Source of the DNA: Thainema sp.
GTDB taxonomy: Bacteria; Cyanobacteriota; Cyanobacteriia; Phormidesmidales; Phormidesmidaceae
Assembly: GCA_052168235.1 (NCBI GenBank)
Contig: JBQLZK010000037.1
Location: 11,251 to 75,250, forward strand
Reading direction: 5' to 3'
DNA: 64,000 nucleotides
Shown piece by piece: positions 18,981 to 28,143 of the stretch. A program made the position numbers and the translations under genes. Positions within the stretch are counted from its first letter, which is position 1. Each line of letters starts with the position of its first letter. The notes under the pieces were generated by a model. It ran no database searches. It had not been told where the DNA came from and saw only the letters and a list, made by a program, of their open reading frames with translations.

Positions 18981-20086
18981 AACGAGTGATTTCCCAGTGC
19001 ATTAAAGAACTGTCCCAGTTTCGGCGCGATCGGCTGACGGTGGCGCTGGCGTTTGTTCTGCCACTGGCGGTGCTGCTGATCTACGGTTATGCTATTCGCC
19101 TGGAGTCGAAAAACATTCCGCTCAGCGTGCAGGACTTTGATAATAGCTCGCTCAGCCGCAGCTATGTAGAGCGCATTTTTGCCACCAATCAGTTTGTGCC
19201 GAGACCACTGATTGAAGGTGATCCAATGCTGACGCTGGATTTGGATCGAGCTAAGGCCGCCGTGATCATTCCGCCTGACTTCTCTCAATCCATCAAGGAG
19301 CGTGATCCGGTCGTCGTGCAGGTGCTGGTGGATGGCACCGATGTGAATAATGCCCGCGTCATCCAGAACGGGATTCGTGCCGCCACCCAGTTCTTCCTCC
19401 GTAGTAGCCAGCTCATGCCCGATCAGGCCCAGCCCCAGGTCGTTACAGACACGCGGCTGTGGTTTAATCCCGGTCGGGAAGAAGCGCTGTATATTGTCCC
19501 CGGCATTTTTGGCGTCATTCTGTGGGTGTTTCCCTCCATGCTAGCCGCGATCGCAACTGTGCGCGAGAAAGAACAGGGCACCATCGTCCAGATTTACGCC
19601 TCCGATCTGAGCGCCGCTGAATGGCTTCTGGGTAAAGAATTAGCCTATGTGGTGATTGGATTGGGAGAGGCTGTCTTAACGCTTACGGTGGCGGCCATTC
19701 TATTCGGTATCCGAGTCCGGGGCGACCCGACGACGTTAATTGTAGGTACGTTACTGTTTCTACTGGCAGGCGTGGCCTTTGGCCTCTTTGTCGGCGTTCG
19801 AGCTGGCAATCAAACGGGTGCTGTTCAGGGTACAGCCATCGTCGGATTTTTGACCGCACTGCTGCTCTCTGGCTTTATCTATCGAATTGACAATATCCCC
19901 TTTCCGCTGTCCCTTGTCTCAAACGTAATTCCGGCTCGCTACTACATTGCCATCACCCGCGATGCCCTAGTGCGCGGCACTGGCTGGACTGGTATTGGCC
20001 TCGCTCCAGTTGCGATCGCACTCATCGGCGGCTTTTTCTTCCTAATGGCCATCCGCATCCTCCACCGCATGCAGTTTTCAGACTAA
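18977..20086 (+). CDS. ABC-2 type permease (YbhS-like)
   Basis: KELSQFRRD, LVDGTDVNNA, WFNPG, REKEQGT, LLSGFIY; start at ATGA overlap. Confidence 0.9.
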   Translation: MKRVISQCIKELSQFRRDRLTVALAFVLPLAVLLIYGYAIRLESKNIPLSVQDFDNSSLSRSYVERIFATNQFVPRPLIEGDPMLTLDLDRAKAAVIIPPDFSQSIKERDPVVVQVLVDGTDVNNARVIQNGIRAATQFFLRSSQLMPDQAQPQVVTDTRLWFNPGREEALYIVPGIFGVILWVFPSMLAAIATVREKEQGTIVQIYASDLSAAEWLLGKELAYVVIGLGEAVLTLTVAAILFGIRVRGDPTTLIVGTLLFLLAGVAFGLFVGVRAGNQTGAVQGTAIVGFLTALLLSGFIYRIDNIPFPLSLVSNVIPARYYIAITRDALVRGTGWTGIGLAPVAIALIGGFFFLMAIRILHRMQFSD

Positions 20087-20137
20087 CTCTACAGATCACA
20101 CCATTCACAATCCAAAATCTAAAATCCAAAATCCCTC

Positions 20138-21286
20138 ATGCTCTCCCTCCGCCGTCTATTTAGCTACTTATCCAGCTCCCGCCTCTGGCCGCTGATGAAG
20201 AAAGAGGTGCAGCAGATCCTGCGGAATAAGCAGATTGTATTTCTGCTGCTGTTTCCGCCCACGATTCAACTGCTGGTGTTCGGTTTGGCGCTCAACCCAG
20301 AAGTTAGCGGCTTGAGTCTGAGCATCGTAGACTACAGCCGCACGGCTGACAGCCGGGAGTTAGTAGCTGCACTGGTGGAGAATGATGTATTTGAAGTACG
20401 AGCTTACGCCACCAGCCAAGCCGATTTGGGTGAGCAGGTGAGTACGGGCCAAGTGACGACCGGAATTGTTATCCCGCCCGACTTTAGCGAGAAACTAGGA
20501 AGCAGCCAACCCGCCCATATCCAAGTGCTAATTGATGGTGTTGATGCTAATACGGCAGGGATTGCGCGGGGGTACGTGCAGCAAATTATCAATCGCTACA
20601 ACCAATCACTCTGGCAATTCTCTAACCCGCAAGCTCAAGCGCCACCCGTCGAAACTCAGGTCAAATTTCTCTATAACCCTGGCCTGCTGAGTAGCTGGTT
20701 TTTTGTACCCGGCGTGATCGGCGTGGTTCTGACGCTAACCGGATCGCTGGTGTCCTCCACTACAGTGATCCGCGAAAAAGATGTCGGAACGCTTGAACAG
20801 CTTCTGATGACGCCAGCCGCAGGTTGGGAAATTTTGGTCGCCAAGATTATCCCGCTGTTTGTGCTGCTTTTGGGAGATGTACTGCTAGCCTCAGCCATTG
20901 GATTATTGATTTTTCATTTGCCGTTTCGCGGTAATTATCTATTATTTTTGAGCTTATCGGCTCTATACTTATTTGTTTGTATTGGCATTGGTATTTTACT
21001 GGCGACGCTAGCCAATAACCAGCAGCAGGTGGTGCTCACCTCATTCTTTTTCAACGTGCCGCTGATTCAGCTCTCAGGTGCGATCGCACCTATTGAAACA
21101 ATGCCGCCATTTTTCCGTGCCCTATCGTTTTTCGATCCGCTGCGCCACTATGTTCACATCTGCCGCAGCCTGATTCTGAAAGATGTTGGCATTGAAGCCC
21201 TCTGGATCAATATCATTGCGCTGTTTATCTTTGCTCTTTTCTTTTTAGGTATTAGCATCGATCGTTTTCGTTCTCAGTTAAGTTGA
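20138..21286 (+). CDS. ABC-2 type permease (YbhR-like)
   Basis: KEVQQILRN, IDGVDANTAG, YNPGL, REKDVGTLEQLLMTP, LSGAIAPIETMP. Confidence 0.9.
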   Translation: MLSLRRLFSYLSSSRLWPLMKKEVQQILRNKQIVFLLLFPPTIQLLVFGLALNPEVSGLSLSIVDYSRTADSRELVAALVENDVFEVRAYATSQADLGEQVSTGQVTTGIVIPPDFSEKLGSSQPAHIQVLIDGVDANTAGIARGYVQQIINRYNQSLWQFSNPQAQAPPVETQVKFLYNPGLLSSWFFVPGVIGVVLTLTGSLVSSTTVIREKDVGTLEQLLMTPAAGWEILVAKIIPLFVLLLGDVLLASAIGLLIFHLPFRGNYLLFLSLSALYLFVCIGIGILLATLANNQQQVVLTSFFFNVPLIQLSGAIAPIETMPPFFRALSFFDPLRHYVHICRSLILKDVGIEALWINIIALFIFALFFLGISIDRFRSQLS

Positions 21287-21308
21287 GAATAAAATGTGAC
21301 CGTTTTGA

Positions 21309-21492
21309 CACTTTAAACACCCTTGAATCTACTGATTTAAGGATAAAGTATCGATAAAGAATTTTTATAAGCTCAAATTTCGCAGTGTACCTGGGTTTAC
21401 TGTCACTATAGATGCTTTGTCACTTTAAATACCCATAAATCTACTGATTTAAGAATAAAGTGGCAATGAAGAATTGTGTACAGTCTCAAATT
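21309..21492. repeat. Degenerate direct duplication, 112-bp period
   Basis: CACTTTAAA.ACCC...AATCTACTGATTTAAG.ATAAAGT....AT.AAGAATT...CTCAAATT starts at 21309 and at 21421. Confidence 0.8.
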
Positions 21493-21626
21493 GTCCTGTT
21501 CTAGGTGTTTTTCGCTGAAGCAAGAAGAAGAAAGAGACCTGTATGTGTTGGCTTTAAACCCAATAAATATTCAGTTCTGATCAGCTCACTGTAGTTTCTT
21601 AGTCCGCAAAATCTCCAGTTCTCACC

Positions 21627-21818
21627 ATGTTGCTTATCGTATATTGCTCAGGATCTTTAGCCACAGCAGTTTTGCTGTTACTGGTTTTTCTCAAAGACAA
21701 GACAACACCGCTATCTTGTTGGCGCTCTTGGCTGCTTTTGATAGTGGCTTCTGCGATCTGGCCGATTGCATGGGTTGTGGCAAGTATTGAACTTTGCTTC
21801 CGATATAGATGCAGATAA
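21627..21818 (+). CDS. Small two-TM cyanobacterial hypothetical protein
   Basis: Hydrophobic helix, FLKDKTTP...SW, second helix IWPI; pattern recalled from small cyanobacterial membrane proteins. Confidence 0.6.
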   Translation: MLLIVYCSGSLATAVLLLLVFLKDKTTPLSCWRSWLLLIVASAIWPIAWVVASIELCFRYRCR

Positions 21819-22000
21819 GACATCCGAAATCTAATCAAAAGCTCATTCCAGATGCGTTAAAAATGGATGCATCGGCTACTACCCTGTTTTAGGTGTGCCA
21901 CTGCTGATGCTGGCGTTTACTATTATGATCACCTATGCCAGCTATAAGAATGAACGGGATGATGTTGCCAAAGATGTCTGGGTCACGGCGATTGTTAACA

Positions 22001-22291
22001 TTAGGCCCGAATCTTCTGTTTAGCTACCCAGCCAACGTGTTTCCGAATATTGGCATCGGCTTGAATGTGCTTCAGTGTCCGAAACTCTTTGGCTAAGGTC
22101 ATTTCGTCGTAGCAATCGTGAATGCCGTTGTGGCAAAGGCGACAGATGAAAATGCCTTGATTCAATTCAGCTTTGGAATAGTTCTTTTTGAAGTACGTTC
22201 TGCGGTGGACTTTTTTGGGGATGAGATGGTGAAAGGTTAATGGAACCGTTCGTTTACACAATGGACATTCGCTAATCTTGTCAACTGCCAC
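22001..22291 (-). CDS. Small stand-alone HNH endonuclease-like Zn-binding protein
   Basis: CPLC...TFHHLIPK...ICRLCHNGIH. Confidence 0.75.
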   Translation of the reverse strand: MAVDKISECPLCKRTVPLTFHHLIPKKVHRRTYFKKNYSKAELNQGIFICRLCHNGIHDCYDEMTLAKEFRTLKHIQADANIRKHVGWVAKQKIRA

Positions 22292-22378
22292 GGCTTATGA
22301 ATCTAGCTACTCGTCACTCTCCATTGTATTCATCTCCACGGCCAGCGTTAGGCCGTATTACCTTACCTTTCAGTCGCA

Positions 22379-22891
22379 CTATCGCCAACTGGGTGGAAAG
22401 CATTCTGGGCATTCCATATCAACAAACTCGACCCAGCTTCTAATTTCGGCTTCAGCGGGTAGCTGATCGGCTTCAGCGGCGACGGCTTGCATGTAGAGTT
22501 CACAAAAGCGATCGCAAATAAAAATGCCAACGGTTGATGGGTCAGCTACCTCTCCGAAATAAGTCTGCTGTACGGTTTTCTGCTGATCCCACAGAATGGG
22601 AAAGGGAATTGTGTGTTGGTCGGTAAATTGTTGCAGCGAAGGAACAGTATTGGGTTGATTGTTTGTTGAGATCGCAAGCACCTCTGTTTCGGCGTGGCGA
22701 TAGGCTGAATAGTGCTGAGCAATGTTGAGCAGCAGGTCGTGGCAAGCTGCACAGGTTGAGTTATGAAATAAAAGAATAGCAAGGCTTTTACGCTGCTTAT
22801 AGTCCCACGGACTGATCACCGCATCGCGATTAATCGCCTGGAGCTGAAAGGATGGAATCAGCCCGTTTACACTCAAGGTTTTGCTATTCAT
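22379..22891 (-). CDS. AhpC/TSA-like redoxin domain protein
   Basis: PSFQL, CAAC motif, EVLAIS, IPFPILWD, FICDRF, C-terminal CPEC. Confidence 0.75.
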   Translation of the reverse strand: MNSKTLSVNGLIPSFQLQAINRDAVISPWDYKQRKSLAILLFHNSTCAACHDLLLNIAQHYSAYRHAETEVLAISTNNQPNTVPSLQQFTDQHTIPFPILWDQQKTVQQTYFGEVADPSTVGIFICDRFCELYMQAVAAEADQLPAEAEIRSWVEFVDMECPECFPPSWR

Positions 22892-22989
22892 GACAGGTTG
22901 GCCTGACAGGTTGGAGATCGTTAATCAAACCTATCATGCTTGATCACACGGCTCCAGTGCCGGATTTGGTATCTTTGAAGTCTCAGTAG

Positions 22990-23937
22990 ATGGCATTGGC
23001 TATGAGCTTTGATATCAAACTTCTCTACGTATGGCTTGTTCTATTTATCGTTTTCTTTGTTTGGCGGATACTGACACACCCCTTGAATCGCATTCATCGT
23101 GCTGCAATGGGAGGTGACATTGAGACAGTAAAACAATGCTTGGATAAAGGAGTTGCGCCAGATACCCGCAAAGGAGAAGGCTTGACACCGCTCTGTCTGT
23201 CTGCGGCAAAAGGTCACAAAGAGATTGTAGAACTGCTGCTTGATTATGGTGCGGATGCTAATCAGGGCTTAGATGAAGAAGATGGAATGAATCCTCTTCT
23301 AGAAGCTGCCCTTAAAGAACAAACCGAGGTAGTTGAAACGTTAGTGAATCGGGGTGCTGTAGTCGGACTCCATTTTTCAGCCTATCAAGGTGATTTAACT
23401 ACAGTACGAGAACAGCTTCAACAAGGCGCTGCAATTAATTCAATGCGAAACCGGGGAATGACTCCGCTTCATCTTGCAGCATTGGGAGGCCATGTAGAGG
23501 TCGTCAAGTTCCTATTAAATCAGGGTGCTGATGTCAATGCTTACGCCTACCTCAGTGAAACCCCACTGCATATAGCGATTAGACAGCATCAGCGAGATAT
23601 TATTCAACTACTCATCGAGTCTGGTGCAGACCTGAATCGGTCAGGAAGATTAGGTTCCCCGCTTTGTATAGCAGTTCGTGAAAACGCAGAAGATCTTGTT
23701 CAGTTATTGATAGATAGTGGAGCAGATGTCGTTGGCCGTGAGAACAAAAAACCGCCTTTACATCTAGCAGTAAAAAAGGGTTCTGTAAACATTGCTCGGT
23801 TGCTGCTTGAAAACGGGGCAGAAGTGAATCTTCGGAGTCGGTGGGGCAACATTCCATTAGATTATCTGGCACAACATGATTTGGACATGGCTGATTTACT
23901 AGTTAGCTATGGGGCAAATGCTAATGCTAAAAATTAG
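22990..23937 (+). CDS. Ankyrin repeat protein with N-terminal TM anchor
   Basis: About 8 TPLH.A...G..E.V..LL..GAD.N repeats after a hydrophobic N-terminus. Confidence 0.92.
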   Translation: MALAMSFDIKLLYVWLVLFIVFFVWRILTHPLNRIHRAAMGGDIETVKQCLDKGVAPDTRKGEGLTPLCLSAAKGHKEIVELLLDYGADANQGLDEEDGMNPLLEAALKEQTEVVETLVNRGAVVGLHFSAYQGDLTTVREQLQQGAAINSMRNRGMTPLHLAALGGHVEVVKFLLNQGADVNAYAYLSETPLHIAIRQHQRDIIQLLIESGADLNRSGRLGSPLCIAVRENAEDLVQLLIDSGADVVGRENKKPPLHLAVKKGSVNIARLLLENGAEVNLRSRWGNIPLDYLAQHDLDMADLLVSYGANANAKN

Positions 23938-23982
23938 GTTTCGCCAAACTCCATTGGCATTATTAGATTTTGAGAGGAGATC

Positions 23983-24510
23983 GTGCATTTTTACAGACCC
24001 AAACCATTACCAGACGACTACGATTCTCTCCAGATTGTCAGAAGTAGTGATCTTCATTGGTTTATAAATTACCGAAGGCAGTATTATGCAAATGGAATTG
24101 AGGAGCCTTGGGAATCTGTATTAACTGAAGTTGTTTCACGAGGTAAGTCAGGAGATTTCCCTAGCTTTTCTGCCCTAGATCCTGTCTTTAGTGAGAGAGC
24201 CTTGAACTACCTGGAAGATTTGCTTTCAGGTAGTATAGAGGCTCTTCCATTGAGAACAGCAAAAAATGATATTTTCTTTTATATAAAGGTTCTCGATAAA
24301 TTGGATTGTCTAGACTACGAACGCTCAATTTGGAAGCAAAATCCTTCTGGCCTAGTTATGGTCGAATCTTATGTTTTTCACGAAAAGTTAGTCAGAGAGA
24401 AGCATATTTTTTGGCTACCTCGTGTAAATCAATTTATTGTTTCGGAATCGTTTAAAGAGCTGGTTGAACGGTGTTCGTTAGAAGGGCTAACCTTCCAACA
24501 AATTACGTAG
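23983..24510 (+). CDS. Imm11/DUF1629-like immunity protein
   Basis: GDFP, VFSERA...L..LL...IEALPL, VL..LDCLDYERS, YVF, HIF, FIVSE.FKELVE...L.GL.F; GAGAGGAG SD before GTG. Confidence 0.7.
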   Translation: MHFYRPKPLPDDYDSLQIVRSSDLHWFINYRRQYYANGIEEPWESVLTEVVSRGKSGDFPSFSALDPVFSERALNYLEDLLSGSIEALPLRTAKNDIFFYIKVLDKLDCLDYERSIWKQNPSGLVMVESYVFHEKLVREKHIFWLPRVNQFIVSESFKELVERCSLEGLTFQQIT

Positions 24511-24511
24511 C

Positions 24512-24540
24512 GCGATCGCAACTTAAGAAGTTGCGATCGC
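24512..24540. terminator. HIP1-anchored hairpin between convergent genes
   Basis: GCGATCGCAACTT-AAG-AAGTTGCGATCGC, perfect 13-bp stem right after the stop codon. Confidence 0.5.
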
Positions 24541-24573
24541 TCTTTAGGTCAGACTAGGCAATCGAAGTACGGT

Positions 24574-24948
24574 CTACTGATTCAGCACATCCCGTTTGTG
24601 CTGGGGTGCGGCTGCGATCGCAGCTACCTGATCCAGTAGTTCCGGCGGAACGTCCATTTCCTTCAGCGTTTCCATTAGATCTTCAGCCACCGCATCAAAA
24701 TGTGCGCTGTTGAGGCCCTGCTTTGCCACTAGCTCTTTGTGGGCTTCCCGCATATAGCGACCATCGTATTTATCGGTGCCGCCAAAGGCATAGGTCAGAA
24801 ACGCTTTCTGGTGTGCCCGCTGTTTGACCATGTCTACATCTGCAAAGAAATGTTTGATCCGGTCATCTTGGAGAACCCGCTGGTAGAACTTATCAACCGC
24901 TAAATCAACAGCAGCGGCACCACCTAATTTATCGAACAACGTCGTCAT
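24574..24948 (-). CDS. glbN: Group I truncated haemoglobin (cyanoglobin)
   Basis: TLFDKLGG.AAVD.AVDKFY.RVL.D, QRAHQKAFLTYAFGGTDKYDGRYMREAHKELV, HKRDVLNQ. Confidence 0.95.
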   Translation of the reverse strand: MTTLFDKLGGAAAVDLAVDKFYQRVLQDDRIKHFFADVDMVKQRAHQKAFLTYAFGGTDKYDGRYMREAHKELVAKQGLNSAHFDAVAEDLMETLKEMDVPPELLDQVAAIAAAPQHKRDVLNQ

Positions 24949-25028
24949 GTACTTTCCATATCGTTTCAACCTCCCCACTATAGGTAATCTACGCCGCAGA
25001 TTCTTTGACTTAAGTCAAATCAGAATTA

Positions 25029-25104
25029 CTCACATCTTGCACCTTGCACTTTGAAAACCCAGAAGGGTTGTTTCAACCCTTCTGGGTTTTAGTGCAAGAT
25101 GTGA
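25029..25104. mobile_element. CTCACATCTTGC-family palindromic element, copy 2
   Basis: CTCACATCTTGCAC...GTGCAAGATGTGA ends with inner AAAACCCAGAAGGGTTG/CAACCCTTCTGGGTTTT stem. Confidence 0.75.
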
Positions 25105-25107
25105 CAA

Positions 25108-26229
25108 TTACACAATCTCCGCTAGCGGTACGTCTAACAGACCCGCAATGGTTGTTAGATCATAAGTGTTGTTTACGTCTCCGAGCGGTGTTGCGAGGTT
25201 GGTGGTTAAACTGCCATCTGCGATCGCAACTGAACCGTTGACCTGACCAAAGAAGTCGATACCCTGCTGGGTAAAGGCGACGACATCAAAACTGGTGTCA
25301 AACGTGCCGAGTGGGTTCTCCAAAGTGGCATCAATCACACCATTAGTAATCGTTGCTGTGCCCAGTGAGCTTTGAATCAGTTCAGCCACATATTCGCTGG
25401 TAAGGGTGCCGATTTCCAGCTCAGTTTCTACCGTTCCGAGTAGCGGCACATCGGTGCTAAAGGTAGCAATGCCGTCCGTCAGCGTCACCAGGCTGCTGAT
25501 GTCGGTCAGCGGAATCTCCAGCGATCCGAAGCTGCCAAATAAAGCAGAAATGGTGCCTTCGTTTAGATCAAGCTCCACGCTCATGCCGCCGATTGTCGTC
25601 GGGATAAACAGTGGAACTATAGCCGTTTCATCAAAGTCAATGTCGCCTACGATTTCCCCAAACGGCGTTAGTAAATCCACATTCAGATCGCCACCCGCAA
25701 AGTCAACCGTGCCGATGAAGGAGCCAAGCGCCGTGTCCACGTCAATATCAAACGCACCGTTTTCCAGCAGCACCGTGGCATCAACCGACTGAATCGCATT
25801 TAGGATCAAGCTGCTCGCGGCGGTAGCTAAATCAAATCCTTCGACGAAGAGAGACTCGTCCCCGGTACTCAAATCCACGTCTAGAATGCCGTCCACCAGC
25901 GTCGCCGTTCCGTTGGTGACTGCGGCCAGTGCCGCCCAGTCGCTCAAGGTTGTCGGCACATCAACGGTTTCCGCCAGCAGGGAGCCATCCGGTAGCACTA
26001 AATTGCTGGTAAAAATTCCATTCGTAACGGTGATATCGCCAGCCAAATCGGTAATATCTGCCGCAAACTCGGCAACGACATCCGCCAAGCTGGGACTTAA
26101 CGCACCTAACAGACCCAAAACGCTGAAGGAACCTAGAACACTCAGATCGGGGGTGAAGCTGAGGTCTGCTGTCTCTAGATCCAGCAGGCTGGAAGTCCCT
26201 AAATTAGGCAATAGCGTGGTAGAAGACAT
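25108..26229 (-). CDS. Hypothetical, extremely acidic internal-repeat protein
   Basis: 373 aa, no K/R/H/C; about 6 repeats of roughly 43 aa (G..T+.(N/D)G+....L.TP.G.....FD+); AAGGA SD upstream. Confidence 0.8.
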   Translation of the reverse strand: MSSTTLLPNLGTSSLLDLETADLSFTPDLSVLGSFSVLGLLGALSPSLADVVAEFAADITDLAGDITVTNGIFTSNLVLPDGSLLAETVDVPTTLSDWAALAAVTNGTATLVDGILDVDLSTGDESLFVEGFDLATAASSLILNAIQSVDATVLLENGAFDIDVDTALGSFIGTVDFAGGDLNVDLLTPFGEIVGDIDFDETAIVPLFIPTTIGGMSVELDLNEGTISALFGSFGSLEIPLTDISSLVTLTDGIATFSTDVPLLGTVETELEIGTLTSEYVAELIQSSLGTATITNGVIDATLENPLGTFDTSFDVVAFTQQGIDFFGQVNGSVAIADGSLTTNLATPLGDVNNTYDLTTIAGLLDVPLAEIV

Positions 26230-26515
26230 GGGGCAACATCCTTATGTAATTACGTGTAGTGCGCGGACTGATTGCTAGAGAAACTTAGCGCACAATGGTA
26301 AAGAAACCAGTAAGGAGAGCGGTGTTCAGGTAACGTTTTCTTGCACTCTCCCATTTTTTGCACCGCCCGCGTTTCACAAACAATAACCTGCGGGTTTCCA
26401 ACCAGGCTTCGAATCACGATGCGCGATCGCACAGATTACTCCAATCCCTTTTTAACAGCTTCTTTCGGCAACTTCTACCCGTATCTTCTAGTCGTCTGCC
26501 ACCTTTATTTTGCGG

Positions 26516-26566
26516 GTTTTGATGGTTGCTGTGCCGTGTGTGGCGCGGCACAGCAACCATCAAAAC
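26516..26566. repeat. Perfect 21-bp inverted repeat
   Basis: GTTTTGATGGTTGCTGTGCCG-9 nt-CGGCACAGCAACCATCAAAAC. Confidence 0.85.
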
Positions 26567-26721
26567 TAATTTGGCAGAGCAGTAACAATAAAAAGTAAAG
26601 ATCCGGAACAAGTATATAAAACGATACTTATTTCTCAGAGGAAAAGAAGTATAAGTAAAAGAAACACCAAAACTTTCCTCAAGCAAGAGGTTTTGGCCTG
26701 TCAATGGGAGTATCTGCCCCG

Positions 26722-27993
26722 ATGCACCAGCTTCGCCGTCCACCCAGCCCCCCCGAAAACGCGATTTATGATCACCTAAAAGCGATTGTTCAGCAGAAAA
26801 CTGCTGTTGAGGTGATTGAGCGTTACGAACAACTGTTCATCCGAGGAGCCTATCCGCACAATTCTAGAGTTCAACAGGCGCTACACAGCGTTTTGCGATC
26901 GCAGGAGATTGATCGTAACTATCCCTTTTTCTTCAATCGCAGTTGCTACATTGCCGTCAACAACTGGTACTACCACACGGCCAATCGGCAGATGATCTCG
27001 CCGCTGATTGGCCTGTTCAGTGCAGACTCGTTTCCACCCTCTCCGTTGAAGAGTACTCACAAGCTGCATCGTCTGGTGCAGCAGTTTCAGACCACGGATG
27101 AATACCGCGAACTGAGGAATCTCTCGGAGTTCATTCAGTCGTCCTATCAGGAAGCCAATGCTGACGGCTACACAGCGAATACCAAGCTGGACGATCTGCG
27201 GCCTCGCTATCCCTTTGTCTGTGAGCAAACGCTGATGCCGCAGGCACTGCAAACGGGCCATGCTCATCTGATCCACGATATCCGCATGCAGGCGCAGCAG
27301 CAGCAGCAGTCAAAGCTCGACAGCTTCAAACTACATTTCAAGCTGAGTCAGCAGCGCCAGAATCCCGAAATGCGGCAGAAGGAGCAAGCCAAAGCCGCCA
27401 AGTATAACTTCACGCTGCTGACTGAAACGGGTTTAGGAGAAGCCGTTCAGCAGTTTGACACGATGGGGACTTGCCACGACGCCTACAAGCGGTTTCAGGG
27501 CCAATCCCCCTGGATTATGACGCTGCATGACTTTAAGCGAGAGCTGTACGAATACCTGCTGGAAGCGATTCCGCCGCAGTACAGCCCCAAGTCATTTCCG
27601 ACCAAACTGCGCGATCTCATTCGTGCGATCGCAGAACGATTGGACGATGCACCGCTCAACGAGCGCCTGATCCGTCACGTGTGCAAAGAACTGTTGGACT
27701 TTTTGACTGTTCGCACTGATTCAAATCATCAGAAAGATTACCGCACGCTGATTGACTTGGAAGGGAATGTGCCAACGGTGATGCTGGTCGGACTGCTGCT
27801 GCGGATTCTGTTGGTTTGCCGCAGCACGTTTGACTGGTTGGAAAAGAAGCTAGCTAGTCTGTTTGACAACTTCATGCTGGAGAAAAAACAGCAGACTGAA
27901 TGGCTGATCCGGATTTTGGAGTACGTGAATGTGGCGATTTGTTTGAACTATGAGGATCGTGCTTCGCTCATGGTGTCAGAAGGGGGCTTCTGA
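26722..27993 (+). CDS. Conserved cyanobacterial hypothetical protein (helical)
   Basis: Long ORF with host-like codons and HIP1; motifs IYDHL, FFNRSCYIAVNNW, RYPF, LLLRILL.C, WLI..LE..N.A; GGGAG SD before ATG 26722. Confidence 0.75.
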   Translation: MHQLRRPPSPPENAIYDHLKAIVQQKTAVEVIERYEQLFIRGAYPHNSRVQQALHSVLRSQEIDRNYPFFFNRSCYIAVNNWYYHTANRQMISPLIGLFSADSFPPSPLKSTHKLHRLVQQFQTTDEYRELRNLSEFIQSSYQEANADGYTANTKLDDLRPRYPFVCEQTLMPQALQTGHAHLIHDIRMQAQQQQQSKLDSFKLHFKLSQQRQNPEMRQKEQAKAAKYNFTLLTETGLGEAVQQFDTMGTCHDAYKRFQGQSPWIMTLHDFKRELYEYLLEAIPPQYSPKSFPTKLRDLIRAIAERLDDAPLNERLIRHVCKELLDFLTVRTDSNHQKDYRTLIDLEGNVPTVMLVGLLLRILLVCRSTFDWLEKKLASLFDNFMLEKKQQTEWLIRILEYVNVAICLNYEDRASLMVSEGGF

Positions 27994-28044
27994 TCTTTGC
28001 GTCAATCACACAGACGAGGGTGGTAAGCTTCGTTCGTCAACTAA

Positions 28045-28143
28045 GGAGCGTGAATTAAATAGCCTGTCAATCATTCCATCCGTAGGGACACGGCATTGCC
28101 ATGTCCCTATCCCAAAGATTCCACCTTATTAAATTCACGCTCC
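28045..28143. mobile_element. MITE-like element carrying a GTAG-REP hairpin
   Basis: TIRs GGAGCGTGAATTAAAT / ATTAAATTCACGCTCC, TAA on both flanks, internal GTAGGGACACGGCATTGCCATGTCCCTA; near-identical left part at 62117-62185. Confidence 0.8.

Noticed and set aside
20098..20135. AATCCAA/AATCTAA heptamer run
   Set aside because: Ordinary short tandem (STRR-type) repeat of filamentous cyanobacteria
22001..22291. HNH-like gene as the cognate toxin of the Imm11-like protein
   Set aside because: Opposite strand, separated by two genes, no secretion or delivery domain
25406..26278. Plus-strand ORFs opposite the acidic repeat gene, and similar antisense ORFs under long genes elsewhere
   Set aside because: Shadow frames caused by codon bias of the real gene
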